Position numbers and translations under genes: made by a program. This document shows positions 12,751 to 26,340 of a stretch of 64,000 bases of DNA, in pieces. Numbering within the stretch: position 1 is the stretch's first letter; every line of letters begins with the position of its first letter. The notes below the pieces were generated by a model that worked only from the letters and a program-made list of their open reading frames with translations, was not told the origin of the DNA and did no database searches. Origin of the DNA: Malacoraja senta (lineage: Eukaryota); contig CM075991.1 in assembly GCA_038087875.1 (NCBI GenBank), positions 10,976,001-11,040,000 of the forward strand. The letters are read 5' to 3'.

Positions 12751-15700
12751 TGGTGAAATAAGCCCTTCCGCCCAAAGTGGGTGAACATTAGAGCGACGAT
12801 AGATACAAAGTGCTGGAATAACTCAGTGGGTCAGGCAGCATCTCTGGAGAAAAAGGATAGGTGACATTTCGGGTCAGGACCCTTCTTCAGATTCTGAACC
12901 CAATGAGTTACTCCAGCACTTTGTGTCCATCTTTGGGATAAACCAGCGTGTGCAGCTTCTTCCTATTAATATGAAATTTAGAGTGTGTCTCACAATCAAG
13001 TAAAACACATGGTGATGGAATAACTCAGTGGGCATCTGTGGAGGGAATGGAGAGGTGTTGAGAGGAGAGCAGTTATCAGGCAACTGAATCATCCTACCAA
13101 AACTAGAGAGCAATGCGGAAGTACTAACTACCTCATTGATGATCCTCGGACTATCCTTGATCGGACTTTGCTGGCTTTACCTTGCACTAAACGTTATTCC
13201 CTTATCATGTATCTATACACTGTAAATGGCTCGATTGTAATCATGTATTCTCTTTCTGCTGCCCAGATAGCACACAAAAGCTTTTCACTGTACCTCGTTA
13301 CACGTGACAATAAACTAAACTGTAACTGAGGGTTTGGGTCAGGATGCTTCTTCGGACTGCCTGTACTGCTGAGTTACTCCAACCCTTTATGTTTTGTTCA
13401 AGATTCTAGCATCTGCAGCCCTTCAGCCCAACTTACCCGCCCGGACCAATACGTCCCATCTGCACTAGTCCCACCTGCTTGCATTTGACCCATCCCTCCA
13501 AACCCGTCCTATTCATGTACCTGTCCAACTGTTTCTTAAATGTTCGGATAGTCCCTGCCTCAACTATCTCCTCCGGCAGCTCATTTCATACACCCACCGC
13601 CCTTTGTGTGTATAATTTTACTGTTGCTATTTTAGATTTCCAGCATCTGCAATTTTCTTTCTATCTATCAAGGCATGGGTCAAACCCAGGTTGGCCTGTG
13701 CTACTGATACTGAACTAGGATATGAGGAGGTTCAGGTGAAATACTTTAGCAAGGTTTCCAAAATGGCTTGTGCAGGGAGGAACGGCAGATGCTGGATTAA
13801 ACCGAAGATAGACACAAAATGCTGGAGTAACTCAGCAGGACAGGCAGCATCTCTGGAGAGAAGGAATGGGTGACTTTTCGGGTCGAGACCCTTCTTCAGA
13901 CTGAAAGTCACGGGAAAGGGAAACAAGGGATATAGACGATGATGTAGAAAGATAAAGAACAATGAATGAAAGATATGTAAAAAAGTAACGATGATAAAGG
14001 AAACAGTCCATTGTTAGCTGTTTGTTGGTTGGGTCCAAAATGGCTTTGCTGGATTCTTTTGTCCTGTTCATTCTGCACTGCGATGAGGTATTGGCTCTCT
14101 AGTATGTCCATTCGCCTTTTGAAGTTACTGAGAATTATAACGCGAGACAGCCCGAAAGCAATCAGCTTGAAATACACTGATGAGTGTACTCCTTGGGGAC
14201 CGGACAATATATTTTCAGCACTTTACATCCCGCCAAACTCAATAATCCTACCCGCTCCCTTCTCCAGTGCCAGAATAAAAACCGCCCAGGAGGAAATGTA
14301 ATTGAAACACCTTATCTACACCGCACTGCTTGGAAAACGATGACCGTGCTTATTTCTCCACTGGAATTAAATTTAGAAGAGCTTAAAATAAATGCAAAGT
14401 TGATTGAGACAAGAGGGGAAAATCGAATATCATCACATTTGAAATAACATTTGGACAGCTACATGGGTAGGGAGACACAAAGTGCTGGAGTAACTCAGCG
14501 GAACAGGCGGCATCTCTGGAGAGAAGGAATGGGTGACGTTCCTACACATTTTGTCCAGGTACATGGGTAGGACAGGTTTAGAAGGATATGGGCCAAACGC
14601 AGGTAGGTGGGATGGCGGGACTAGTGCAAATGGGGCATGTTTGTCAGCATGGGCAAGTTGGGCCGAAGGGCCTGTTTCCACACTGTATGACTATGACTAA
14701 TATCTTTTTGGTAAAAATCATCTTTTGGTTGACCTTATCATCTGGAGGTACAAGGACATAAGGAGCTGCAGAGGCTGATATCTGTGATGGGAATTTTAAT
14801 CGAACAACCCCATTCTCCCACCTTCTGCCCATAACCCCGACACCCTTACTAACCCACCCTTACCTTTGAGTGAAGCTATGGGAGCAGCTAGGTGCTTTGA
14901 GTTCCATCCTTACTCCTCTCTTGCGGTGTGAGGACTGTTAAGTAATTTAATTTGTACTTTTAAATAAATCGTTCAACACAAAAAAAAGGCGCATTTTCAA
15001 AATGGCTTCATGTGGCTGAGGGGCAAAGTTTAAAGGGGGTGTTCGGGACAAGTTTTTTTTTCCCCACAGAGAGTGTGGAACGTGTGGGTGTGTGGAATCT
15101 GCTGCCAGAGGTGGTGGTGGAAGCAGATATGATAGTGGTATTTAAGAGGCTTCGGGTGGACATGTGGGGGATGGAGGGGTACGGATCACGTGCAGGAAGA
15201 GGAGATTAAGTATAATCTGGCATTATGTTTGGCACCGACAGTGAACCAGAGGGTCTGTTCCTGTCTTGTTCTGTTCTTTGTTCTACGAAGTGTAACAAGA
15301 TCAAAAACAAAAATTGATCTGGACCCAAAACATCACCTGTCCATTCCCTCCACAGATGCTGACTGACCCACTGAGTTACTCCAGCATTTTATGTTTAACC
15401 CACAATTGCACTTTTCTTTCTATCTTTCAAGGAACGGATCAAACCCAGGTTGGCCCCCAGTGCTCCTGATACTGAAGAGGAGGTTCAGGAGAAATTCTTT
15501 AGCAAGGTTTCCAAAATGGCTTGGTAGGGAGGAACTGCAGATGCTGGTTTAAACCGAAGATAGGCACAACATGCTGGAGTAATTCAGCGGGACAGGCAGC
15601 ATCTCTGAAGTGAAGGAATGGGTGACGTTTCAGGTCAAGACTATTCTTCAGACTGAAAGTCATGGGAAAGGGAAACGAGAGATATAGACGATGATGTTAA

Positions 15701-15789
15701 GGCCAGTTTTGGAATGGCATCTGCTTCTTCCTATTCTGCAAGGGGAAGGGTGTATAGTGTTGGCTAATTGAAGGAGAGGGGTTAAATAT

Positions 15790-16490
15790 TTTAATTTTTT
15801 TATTTTTATTTTTTTAATATTTTATTTTATTAGAAGCGAGTACAGTCATATGGCACCAAAGTGCCTAATATATATTTGCATAATACATTTTATGTACATC
15901 TTCTTATTTTTTGTTATTATAATAAAGAAAAATACAAAAAAGAAATTAGATAATAAAGAATAGAAAAACGTCAGATATATAGTGTGAAAAAGAAAAAAGA
16001 GAATGAAAGAAGAAAGTTGAAGAAAAGAAAGTAGAAAAAAGAGAATAAAAAATACAAATAAAAAGAAATAAGGAGATCATTATTTATAATCTTGCCCATC
16101 CCCCACCCAGTCCTGAAACAATTAGTTTCTATAATTGTGTTGCCCATATGATTCCAAAAAGACGTTAAGAATTGGTCTGATTTTTCTTAGGAGGAATCAC
16201 ATTTCTTCAAGGTGTGCGGTGTCCAACATGTTTGTGATCCACATTTTAAGCGTTGGTATTGGTGTATTTTTCCAAAATTTAAGTATTAGTTTTTTTGCCA
16301 TTATTAAACCATAATTTAAAAATAAATGTTGTGTTAAGTTCAATTTATTCCCATCTTCCACTACTCCAAATATAATCGTTTCAGTATTAGGTTCCATTCT
16401 TATCTTAAATAGTTTTGTAAATATATCAAAAATATCACTCCGAAATCTATAAAGTTTTATGCAGGAAACAAAAGAGTGTGTTATAGTTGC
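15790..16490 (-). mobile_element. 5'-truncated L1 3' end
   Basis: Minus ORF matches the ORF2 C-terminus (KLILKFWKNTPIPTLKMW); poly-T on the + strand; 16-bp TSD GAGAGGGGTTAAATAT at 15774-15789 and 16491-16506. Confidence 0.92.
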
Positions 16491-19207
16491 GAGAGGGGTT
16501 AAATATAATGGAGGCAATTTAAAATATCAAAATCAAGGGATTGGAGTATGAAGGATACAAAGTGCACAAGGCATGCAGAATTCGATAACAGAAAGCAAAT
16601 GAGAAGAAATGTAATTAGTCAGAGGCTGGTGAATCTGTGGAATTGATTGCCGCAGAAGGCCAATGAATATTTTTTAAGGTGGAGATTGACATTCTTGATT
16701 AGCACTAGTGTCAGTGGTTACAGGGAGAAGGCTGGAGAATGGGGTTGAGAAGGCAAGGTAGATCAGCCATGATTGAATGGCGGAGTAGACCCGATGGGCA
16801 GAATGGCCTAATTCTGCTACAATGAATATCAGGAAGGTTCAGAGATAGATACAAAGTGCTGGAGGAACTCAGCGGGTCAGGCAGCATCTCAGGAGAAAAT
16901 AGATAGGCGACGTTTCGGGTTGGGACCCTTCTGTGGCTAAAGGGATCAGGGGGTATGGAGAGAAGGCAGGTACAGGATACCGAGTTGGATGATCAGCCAT
17001 GATCATATTGAATGGCGGTGCAGGCTCGAAGGGCCGAATGGCCTACTCCTGCATCTATTTTCTATGTTTCTATGTTTCAGACCGATTGTATGGGGGAGGA
17101 ACTGGAAGCTAAAGAAGACCAGGACATATAGGGCCGGCAACAGATAACATCAGGCAGGGTGCTTTCCCTGATAGGCCACTTGTTGGCTAGGAAGGTTCAA
17201 GATAGTTCAGGTTGGTCAGGACATGGGATACTCAGGGTAAACCATTGCCAGGTATCTCTGTCACCTTCAACTCTCCTCAGTGCCAGAACTGTGAGCTGCT
17301 TGAGTTTGAGTTATGTCTCCACCATTTGTCCCTAATACTTTGCATGCCTACATCTCTGCCTAAATTGCTTCATTAGTCATTGGGAACAAAACTGATGGCC
17401 GAGGTGCTGAGCAAAACGTGGATCTGCCTCTGACTCAAAGCAACACCTGCTGGTGTCATCGAAGCCCTGCAGTAGTCAACGGATCTCCATGAGACAGAGG
17501 CAACTACTGTTCATGACAAAGGGCAGCATTGTGGCACAGCACAAGTTATCGGAGTAGGATTAAGCCATTCGGCCCAATCACTCCACTCCACCATTCAATC
17601 ATGGCTGATCGCTGCCTCCTAATCCCATTTTCCTGCCTTCTCCCCTTAACACCCGTGCTACTCAAGAATTTGTCTATCTCTACCTTAAAAATATCCACTG
17701 ACTTGGCCTCCACAGCCCTCTGTGGCAGTGAGTTCCACAGATTAACTACACTCTGACTGATCAGTTCCTCCTCACAGCAGTAGAGTTGCTGCTTCACCAT
17801 GCCAGAGACCCGTGTTTGATCCTGACTACTGGTGCTGTCTGTGTAGAGTTTGCATGTTCTCCCCGTGACCATGTGGGTTTTTACCGGGTGCTCCACTTTT
17901 CTCCCACACTCCAAAGACGTGCGGGTTTGTAGGTTAATTGGCCACTAAGTTGCCCCTAGTGTGTAGGAAGGAACTAGTGTATGGGTGATCATTGGTTGGC
18001 GTGGATTCTGTGGGCCGAGGGACCCGTTTCCTCACTATATCTCTAAATTAAACTAAAGAATGGCTCCTATATTTCTTGCCTGACTCTGCTATGGGTCTCA
18101 CGGTTGGTTGGGCACAGAACTATATGCAAAGTAATAGCTGCTTGTGAGCATTAGTCAAGTCAGCTGATGGATTTGTATACCACCATTTAGTTTAGAGATA
18201 CAAAGTGGAAGCAGGCCCTACGGCCTACCGAGTACACGCCCACCAGCGATCTCCCATATGTTAGCCCTACCCTACACACTGGGGACATTTCACAGAAGCC
18301 ATATAACCTAAAAACCTGCAAGTCTTTGGAATGTGGGAGATAACCAGGGCACCCGGAGAAAACCTACGTGGTCACAGGGAGAATGTGCAAACTCCGTAGA
18401 CAGTACCCGTAGTCAGGATCGAATCTGGGTCTCTGGCATTGTACCACTGTGCCGCCCTATGCATTTGGAGCAGTGGTTCTGGCACTGAAGATCTAATAAG
18501 GATTAGTGAAAGAGGAGTAAAAACTCACGTAGGTTGAAAACTGGCCCACACCAACAACTGTGAATAGATGCTCACACTATGGCTAGCTAAGATATACTGT
18601 AGAAGCAGTAGCAAATCAGTCAGCTACAATCATGGAAAAATGAATAATGGCCTCAGCTTTCCCATGTCTATCTCCTCTTCCAGTCCAATAATCATCGACA
18701 TCAAGAGTGAAATAGCTGATTAGATTCAAGGTGTTCAGAAAGACTAGCAGTAAAGGGTGGCACAGTGGTAGAGTTGCTGCCTTACAGCGCCAGAGACCCA
18801 GGTTCGATCCTGACCATGGGTGCAGTGTGCGAAGTTTGTACGTTCTCCCTGTGAGTTTTCTCCTGGTGCTCCGGTTTCCTCCCACATTCCAAAGACGTGT
18901 GGGTTTGTAGGTTAATTTGCTTCTGCAAGTTGTCCCTGGTGTGTAGCATAGTGTACGCACGACCATTGGTCAGGATGGACTCAGTGGCCGAAGGGCCTGT
19001 TTCCATGCTGTCATCTTTAAACTAAACTAAAATGATGAGATGCTGTCGTGCAGCTGCAGCAATCATTTGCATTGTTCAAGCACATAGTAAAATATCACAA
19101 GTAGCTTCCCAAGAGCAATGTTGAACCAAATTTGTTACCAAGCCACAGAAGAAAACATTAGTATGGATGAAATAAAACTGGTAAAGAGTGGAAAGAGGTG
19201 GAGAAGG

Positions 19208-19490
19208 GGTGGCACAGCGGTAGAGTTGCTGCCTTACAGCACCAGAGACCCGGGTTCGATCCCGACTCTGGGTGCCGTCTGTACGGAGTTTGTACGTTCT
19301 TCCCTTGACCTGCGTGGGTTTTCTCCAGGAGCTCCGGTTTCCTCCCACACTCCGTAGACATACAGGTTTGTGGGCTAATTGGCTTGGTATAATTGTAAAC
19401 TGTCCCTAGTGTGTGTAGGATAGTGTACTGCATGTGCTGGTCGGCACGGACTCAGTGGGCCGAAGGGCCAGTTTCCACGCTGTAAATGTA
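19208..19490 (+). mobile_element. tRNA-derived V-SINE (HE1-like); representative of more than 12 copies
   Basis: A-box GGTGGCACAGCGGTAG, B-box GGTTCGATCCC, V-domain core and CR1-like tail. Other copies near 17775, 18190(-), 18756, 20050(-), 29404(-), 30003, 32490(-), 34323 and 35600(-). Confidence 0.85.
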
Positions 19491-21439
19491 ATGTAAATGA
19501 AAAAAAGATGACAGGTTGAAGGTTTTAACAGCAGAATTCACTGCTATCTATAGTGCAGGGACCAAAATCCTGATCACTCAAGAGGCAGGCATCTCCAATG
19601 GAATTTAGCTGGTTTAGTTTAGTTCCTTGTCACATGTACAGAGGTACAGTGGAAATGGTTTTTGTTGTTCTTGTTGCGTGCTACCAGTCAGCGGAAAGTC
19701 TACACATGACTACAATCAAACCGTCCGGTAGCCCATAACGTTATCCCGTGTTACGGTATTACCTATACCGTAACACAGGTTAAAGGGAATAACGTTTAGT
19801 GCAAGATAAAATTGACTGTGATAAGGAAGGCGAGACTTTCATTGCTTGGAGTATAGGTGACCTGACACTTGCAACTAATTCAACTTTGGTCAGCACAAGA
19901 TGCGAAGTGGACACCAAGACAGTTTTTACAGTGGACACAAGTTCACCTGTACAACCTGCTCTCTTAGGATGAAAGCTCATTGTATCTTGTCACCACTCAA
20001 ACATCTCCTCACTTCCACCAGTGAATGCTGGCAAGGCCAGAACCTACTTTTAGTTTGGATTAGAGATACAGCATGGCAACGGGCCCTTCAGCCCATCAAT
20101 TCCGTATTGACCAGCGATCTCCACACAAGGGATATGGGGAGAAGGCAGGAACGGGGTACTGATTGTGGATGATCAGCCATGATCACATTGAATGGCAGAG
20201 GAGGCTTGAAGGCCGAATGGCCTACTCCTGCACCTCTTATCTATTAACACTTCCCTACACACACACACGGGACAATTTTACAATTATACAAAGCCAACTA
20301 ACCTACAAACCTGCACATCTTTGGAGTGTGGGAAGAAACCGAAGATCTTGGAGGAAACCCATGCAGGTCACAGGGAGAACGTACACACTCCGTACAGACA
20401 GCACCCGTAGTCAGGATCGAACCCGGGTCTCTGGCACTAAGGCAGTAGCTCTACCACTACGCCACCGTGCGGCCTACTGCCCATCCTTAAAGGCCTTTGA
20501 GAAGTTAATGGTGAACCATTCACTTGAAAAGTAACACTGGTGAAGGTACTCCCACAGTGCAGTTGAGTAGAGAGATAAGTAATTTAAATCCAATGACAAT
20601 ACGTTTCCAAGTCCGGATGGCATGTAGCTGTGGTGGGGGGGGGGGGGGGTATGTGTACGGATACCTGTTGATCTTATATATTTGGCTGATAAGAGAAACA
20701 ATATGCTGGAGTAACTCAGCAGGTTAGGCAGCATCTCTGGAGAAAAGGAACAGGAGGCTGAAGAAGGGTTCAAACGCACAGTGAAATTATTTTCATACAA
20801 ACCGTCCAGTACCCAAGCAATACACCAAGAGTCCAAGTAGAGTTATTGCCATTCCTAAGCACATGTCCGATGAACAAATTGTACAGAAATAGTTCACTGA
20901 TCCTGCATGCAAGAGATGCCATGTATTGGCACAATTTTCAAAGTCCAGTCCACACTCTAGTTCCTATCAGCAGTGCCCATTCCAAGCAAGCCCCAGGCTG
21001 CTGCAGGGCCTCCAGCCATCGCCTTCCATGAACGTATGGATCGACCAGGTCCCTTTCCTACCATGTCCACCTGTGTTCTCCAGTGGCACTGTAGCATGTT
21101 CCAAACACTGACAATAAAGTACTTGTCCTGCACATCTCATCTGCCCTTCTCATTTTAATGTCATGCCCTCTTGGCTTTAATGACAGCCTTAATGTTAATC
21201 CAGACATAAATGTTATTCTGTTGTCCAGTTTCATTGTACAATTGCCAGGCATAATTTGGGAGGGTGCCAAGCCAAAGAATTGGTCTTGATAAGACACCGT
21301 GCAACCAAAGGAAAGTATGCTTCCTATGACTTGATGAAAGTATGTACCTAGGCAAGACAATGGGAACTCGATCAATCCTTCTCCAGTTGGGTATTCCCCC
21401 AAGCGTGCACACTGCCATTTGTAGCCAACACCTGGTTAG

Positions 21440-21870
21440 TCTGCCTAGATCTACATGTTCTCCCGGTTGCTAAACACTAATTCCCACTCCCATCCCCCTG
21501 TCTGCCCTGGGCCTCCTCCACTGTCAGAGTGGGGCCCAGCGCAAATTGGAGGGACAACACCTTACACTTCGCTTGAGCAGCTTACAACCCAGCAGTATGA
21601 ATATTGACTTCTCTAACTTCGTAACCCTTGCTATCCCTCTCTCTCCCCATCCTAGATACAATTTTACATTGTATGCCTCGTTGCCAGCTTCCCCCGCTAA
21701 CAATAATCTACTCTACATTTTCCTTGAACTTCATTCCCTTTGATTTCTCGTTTTCACACCTTGCCCTTCCATATCTCTTGTTTCCCTCTCCCTTCACTCT
21801 CAGACTGAAGAAGGGTCTCGACCTGGAACATCACCTGTTCCTTCTATCCAGAGATGCTGCCTGTCCCACC
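21440..21870 (+). mobile_element. Penelope-like 3' remnant
   Basis: LRLSSLQPSSMNIDFS is homologous to the GIY-YIG C-terminus at ~61470-61520; followed by a degenerate hammerhead terminus. Confidence 0.75.
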
Positions 21871-22309
21871 TGTGATCTATATCTACCATATATAGATCTC
21901 AAGAATAATTCTGGAACTCACCCCAAGGCACTTATCTCTCTTTTGCCTAATGCAATTCCCTCATTTGTCTGCCGATGTTTTCTTTTCCTCAATGACATTT
22001 CATAACTCAGACATAAATGCACTTCCTATCCACCTAACAAAAATAAAAGGATTGAAACCTTGTCTTAGTTGTTTATTAAAGTCACAAACCCCGTTCCAGA
22101 GCTCATTCAACAAGTAACCGTCTTTAAATCCAACTTGTCTCAAGTCTGTGCATGAAGGAACTGCAGATGCTGGTTTACAGCAAAGCTAGACACAAAATGC
22201 TAGAGTAACTCAGCGGGTCAGGCATTGTCTCTGGTGAAAAGGAACAGGTGACATTTCAGGTTGAGACCCTTCTTCTCAACTCTAACGTTTACGGAATATC
22301 TGTGGAGAT

Positions 22310-22755
22310 TAGGTTAACATATGATGAGTGTTTGACAGCACTGGGCCTGTACTCGCTGGCGTTTAGAAGAATGAGGGGGACCTCATTGAAACGTACCGAA
22401 TAGCTAAAGTCTTGGATAGAGTGGACGTGGAGAGGATGTTTCCACTAGTGGGAGAGTCTAGGATGAGAGGTTATAGCCTCAGAATTAAAGGACTTTCTTT
22501 TAGGAAGGAGATGAGGTGGAATTTCTATAGTCAGAGGGTGGTGAATCTATGGAATTCTTCACCACAAAAGGATGTAGAGGCCAAGTCAACAGATATTTTT
22601 CAGGCAGACTTAGATAGATTCTTGATTACTATGTGTCGGGGATTATGAGGAGAAGGCAGGACAACAGGGTTAGGAGGGAGCGATAGTTCAGCCATGATTG
22701 AATGGCAGAGTAGACTTGATAGGCCGAATGGCCTATTTTGCTCCTATCACTTATG
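22310..22755 (+). mobile_element. CR1 3' fragment
   Basis: LDRVDVERMFPLVGESR...QRVVNLWNS plus 3'UTR. Confidence 0.8.
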
Positions 22756-24019
22756 AGATGATGCCCACTACCAAACATTGATCCTCTTTTCCACATTTTA
22801 AACACATTCCGAGCAGCAAAGGGTGCAAAATTGTCTTTGTATCGTCCTGGGCAATAATGGGATACGTTCCTTATGCATCCTTAATTGAATCAAGATTCTT
22901 GACAGGAGTATTTGGAGAGACGTAATACGACTGGCTAGCCCCAGGGCTGACAAAGACATTGTACTGCAGAATTTAATTGCTATAAAATTTCAATTGGAAA
23001 TGGTGAAAACAAAACAATTAAGTCTAAATAAAAAATTGCATTCTGGTTAAAAAGTAAGAGCTGGCAGACTGTAAATCTAGGGAAGAGATTCAGTTACTTG
23101 CAATGAGACATGACTATAATAGGACCAGTGGACCTCAGGTCTGTGCCCTTATAAGGTTAGAAGAAGCTGCAGAAGCACATTATACAGTACATGAGACTCT
23201 GGAGGCGAGTGCAGTCTTTGGTGAAATAGTTCCAAAACTTTTTTTTATTTTTTTTAAATAAAGAAATCTTTGTGTCATTGCTCGTACAGCAATTGAAATA
23301 ATCCTAGGAAACACTCAGGCATTAATTATACAAAGATGCCATCAAATTTGTCAAGCACACTCCTTGCGCAAAGTGTATTTGACATGGTTTATCCTCGACA
23401 TATCAGACGTTTTTAAACAGGAACCGTAATTTCTGTCTCTCTCAGGAATTCCGAGCAGGTTTAATGATTGGCACTTGGGTAAACAATTGGAATGATAGAC
23501 ATGCATTTCCATAGCAATTCTAACAACATTAGTTTTCCCCCCACCCCGCACCAAAGTCTTTTATGAACAATGACATCGTTTTGAAGTGTCGCAACTGTCA
23601 AAATGCAGGAAATCAGCAGTCAAAGTTAGACACAAAATGCTGGAGTAACTCAGCGGGTCCGGCAGCATCTCTGGAGAAAAAGGAATAGGTGACGTTTCGG
23701 GTCGAGACCCTTCAGGTCGGGAAGAAGGATCCCAACCCGAAACATCACCTTTGCTTTTTTCCAGAGATGCCTGTATTTGTTACAATAGATTCATGCTATA
23801 AGCAAAATAAATATAGACACAAATTTTGAATGTCCAGAATTCTACATCTTGTGCAAACTAAATTTAGTGTGAAGTCATTTTATATGGTGTTAACTCTTCC
23901 AGCAATGTCCTTAACAACAGCTCTGAGGATATAGCTCGCCAGGACTTTTATTCAAGCAAAATATGAGAATTCAAGATCCTCAAGAATTAGCAATGGCATT
24001 GACAAGACTACACACGGAT

Positions 24020-24640
24020 TTCAGTATAGGAGTAAAGAGGTTCTTCTGCAGTTGTATAGGGCTCTGGTGAGACCACATCTGGAGTATTGTGTACAGTTTT
24101 GGTCTCCTAATTTGAGGAAGGACATCCTTGTGATTGAGGCAGTGCAGTGTAGGTTCACGAGATTGATCCCTGGGATGGCAGGACTGTCATACGAGGAAAG
24201 ATTAAAAAGACTAGGCTTGTATTCACTGGAGTTTAGAAGGATGAGGGGGGATCTTATAGAAACATATAACATTATAAAAGGACTGGACAAGCTAGATGCA
24301 GGAAAAATGTTCCCAATGTTGGGCGAGTCCAGAACCAGGGGCCAGAGTCTTAGAATAAAGGGAGGTCATTTAAGACTGAGGTGAGAAAAAACGTTTTCAC
24401 CCAGAGAGTTGTGAATTTATGGAATTCCCTGCCACAGAGGGCAGTGGAGGCCAAGTCACTGGATGGATTTAAGAGAGGGTTAGATAGAGCTCTAGGGGCT
24501 CGTGGAGTCAAGGGATATGGGGAGAAGGCAGGCACGGGTTATTGATTGGGGACGATCAGCCATGATCACAATGAATGGCGGTGCTGGCTCGAAGGGCCGT
24601 ATAGCCTCCTCCTGCACCTATTTTCTATGTTTCTATGTTT
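24020..24640 (+). mobile_element. CR1 3' fragment
   Basis: YRALVRPHLEYCVQFWSPNLRKD...; (TTCTATGT)n tail. Confidence 0.88.
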
Positions 24641-25914
24641 CACTGCTCATTCACCACTGATGATCATCCAGGAGCAATCAGATTGGCTTTGCTGCCTTCA
24701 GTTTAGTTCAGGGATACAGCATGGAAACAGGCCCTTCAGCCCACAGAGTCCATGTCAACCATTGATCGCCCGTTCACATTAGTTCACATGTGTGTATAAG
24801 ATCGAGGAACAGATAGGGTAAATACACAGAGACTTTTACCCAGAGTAGGGGAATTAAGAACCAGAGGAAAGAGGGATATTGTGAGGGGGGTGGGGAGAGA
24901 TTTAATAGGAACTTTTCTTTCACATAAAGATAGGTAGGTAAATGGAACGAGTTGCCGGAGAGGTAGTTGATGCAGGTGTTACATTAAAAAAACATTTGTG
25001 ACAGGTACATGGTTAGGTTTGGAGGGATTTGGGCCAAATGCAGGCAGGTGAGACTAGTGTAGATGGGTCATGTTGGTTGGCATGGGCAAGTTTCCACACA
25101 TTCTATGTTAGCCCTGGGAGCATTTTTGTCTCAATTTTACCGAGGCCAATTAATCTATAAACCTGCACATCTTTGGGATGTGAAAGGAAACCGGAGCTCC
25201 CAGAACAAAACCACACTGTCGCAGGTGCTAACTCTATACAGACAACACGCGAGGTCAGGATCGAACCTGGGTCTCTGGTGCTGTGAAGGATCAGCTCTAT
25301 CAGCTGTGCCACTGTGCTGCCATTTTATCACTCGTTCTTAAAGGTTAACCTTACTATCTATTAATCCTGAGCAATGACACTAAAACATCCATGTAGATAC
25401 ATTCTTTTACATCTTTGATGCTAATTGGAACATCAGTACAGATGTACCATTCTGTCCCTTGAGCCTAATACACCATCCTGTTGAATTATCTGACCCACCT
25501 CTGTTCCACTTACCCACGTTGGTGTTATTTTACGAGCCCTAACAGGGATTATAAATGGATTATGTGACACGTGCATCAATATAATCCGTTTGGTTGTACA
25601 TAATCTTGATTCTCCCAGAGGAAATGGATTATATATATATATCTATCGTAACAAATAATGTTTTTACATTTTAAGTGAAGTGTAAAATAAAAACTATGCT
25701 ACGCTATAGCTCTGGTTAATGGGCAAAACTCCTTTGAGGCCAATATATCTGTCTGTGGTACCATGCCTAGAACTAAACACTGTGTCCCACATGGTGTCCA
25801 ACCTACTCACTCACAACATAAAAACCGAGTGGCTGAACCAAGCGTATAAAATAATATTTGATATTAAATAATCAATCAAATATCAAACTGACAAAATGCA
25901 AACTGTGTAGAAAT

Positions 25915-26340
25915 CTGTGTGGGAAGGGACTTCAGATGCTGGTTTAAACCGAAGATAGACACAAAATGCTGGAGTAACTCAGCAGGACAGGTAGCATCTC
26001 TGGAGAGAAGGAACGGGTGACGCTTCGGGTCGAGACCCTTCTTCAGACTGAGAGTCGGGGGGAGAGGGAAACTAGATACGGAAGGGTAAAAAGAGCATAG
26101 AGTGAAAAGGACAGATCAAAGCAGACGATGAACGAGGAAATGGACAATGGTTCATTGTTGGCCGAGGGGGAAGGTGACAACGAGGTAGACAAACAGTAAA
26201 ATTAATCAGGAGGACAGTGAAACTAGTCGGAGAACTAAGATGGGGAAGGATGGAGAGAGAGAGGGAAAGCAAGGGTTACTTGAAGTTAGAAAAATCAATA
26301 TTCATACCTCTGGGTTGTAAGCTGCCCAAGCGAAATATGC
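25915..26340 (-). mobile_element. Penelope-like 3' remnant
   Basis: Reverse complement encodes IFRLGSLQPRGMNIDF, followed by the terminal repeat. Confidence 0.78.

Noticed and set aside
19208..19275. tRNA genes
   Set aside because: The A/B boxes belong to V-SINE heads; there is no full cloverleaf and the SINE core and tail follow.
20770..21420. Possible LTR-retrotransposon remnant (RDAMYW-like peptide)
   Set aside because: Motif fragments are too short and inconsistent to support by eye.
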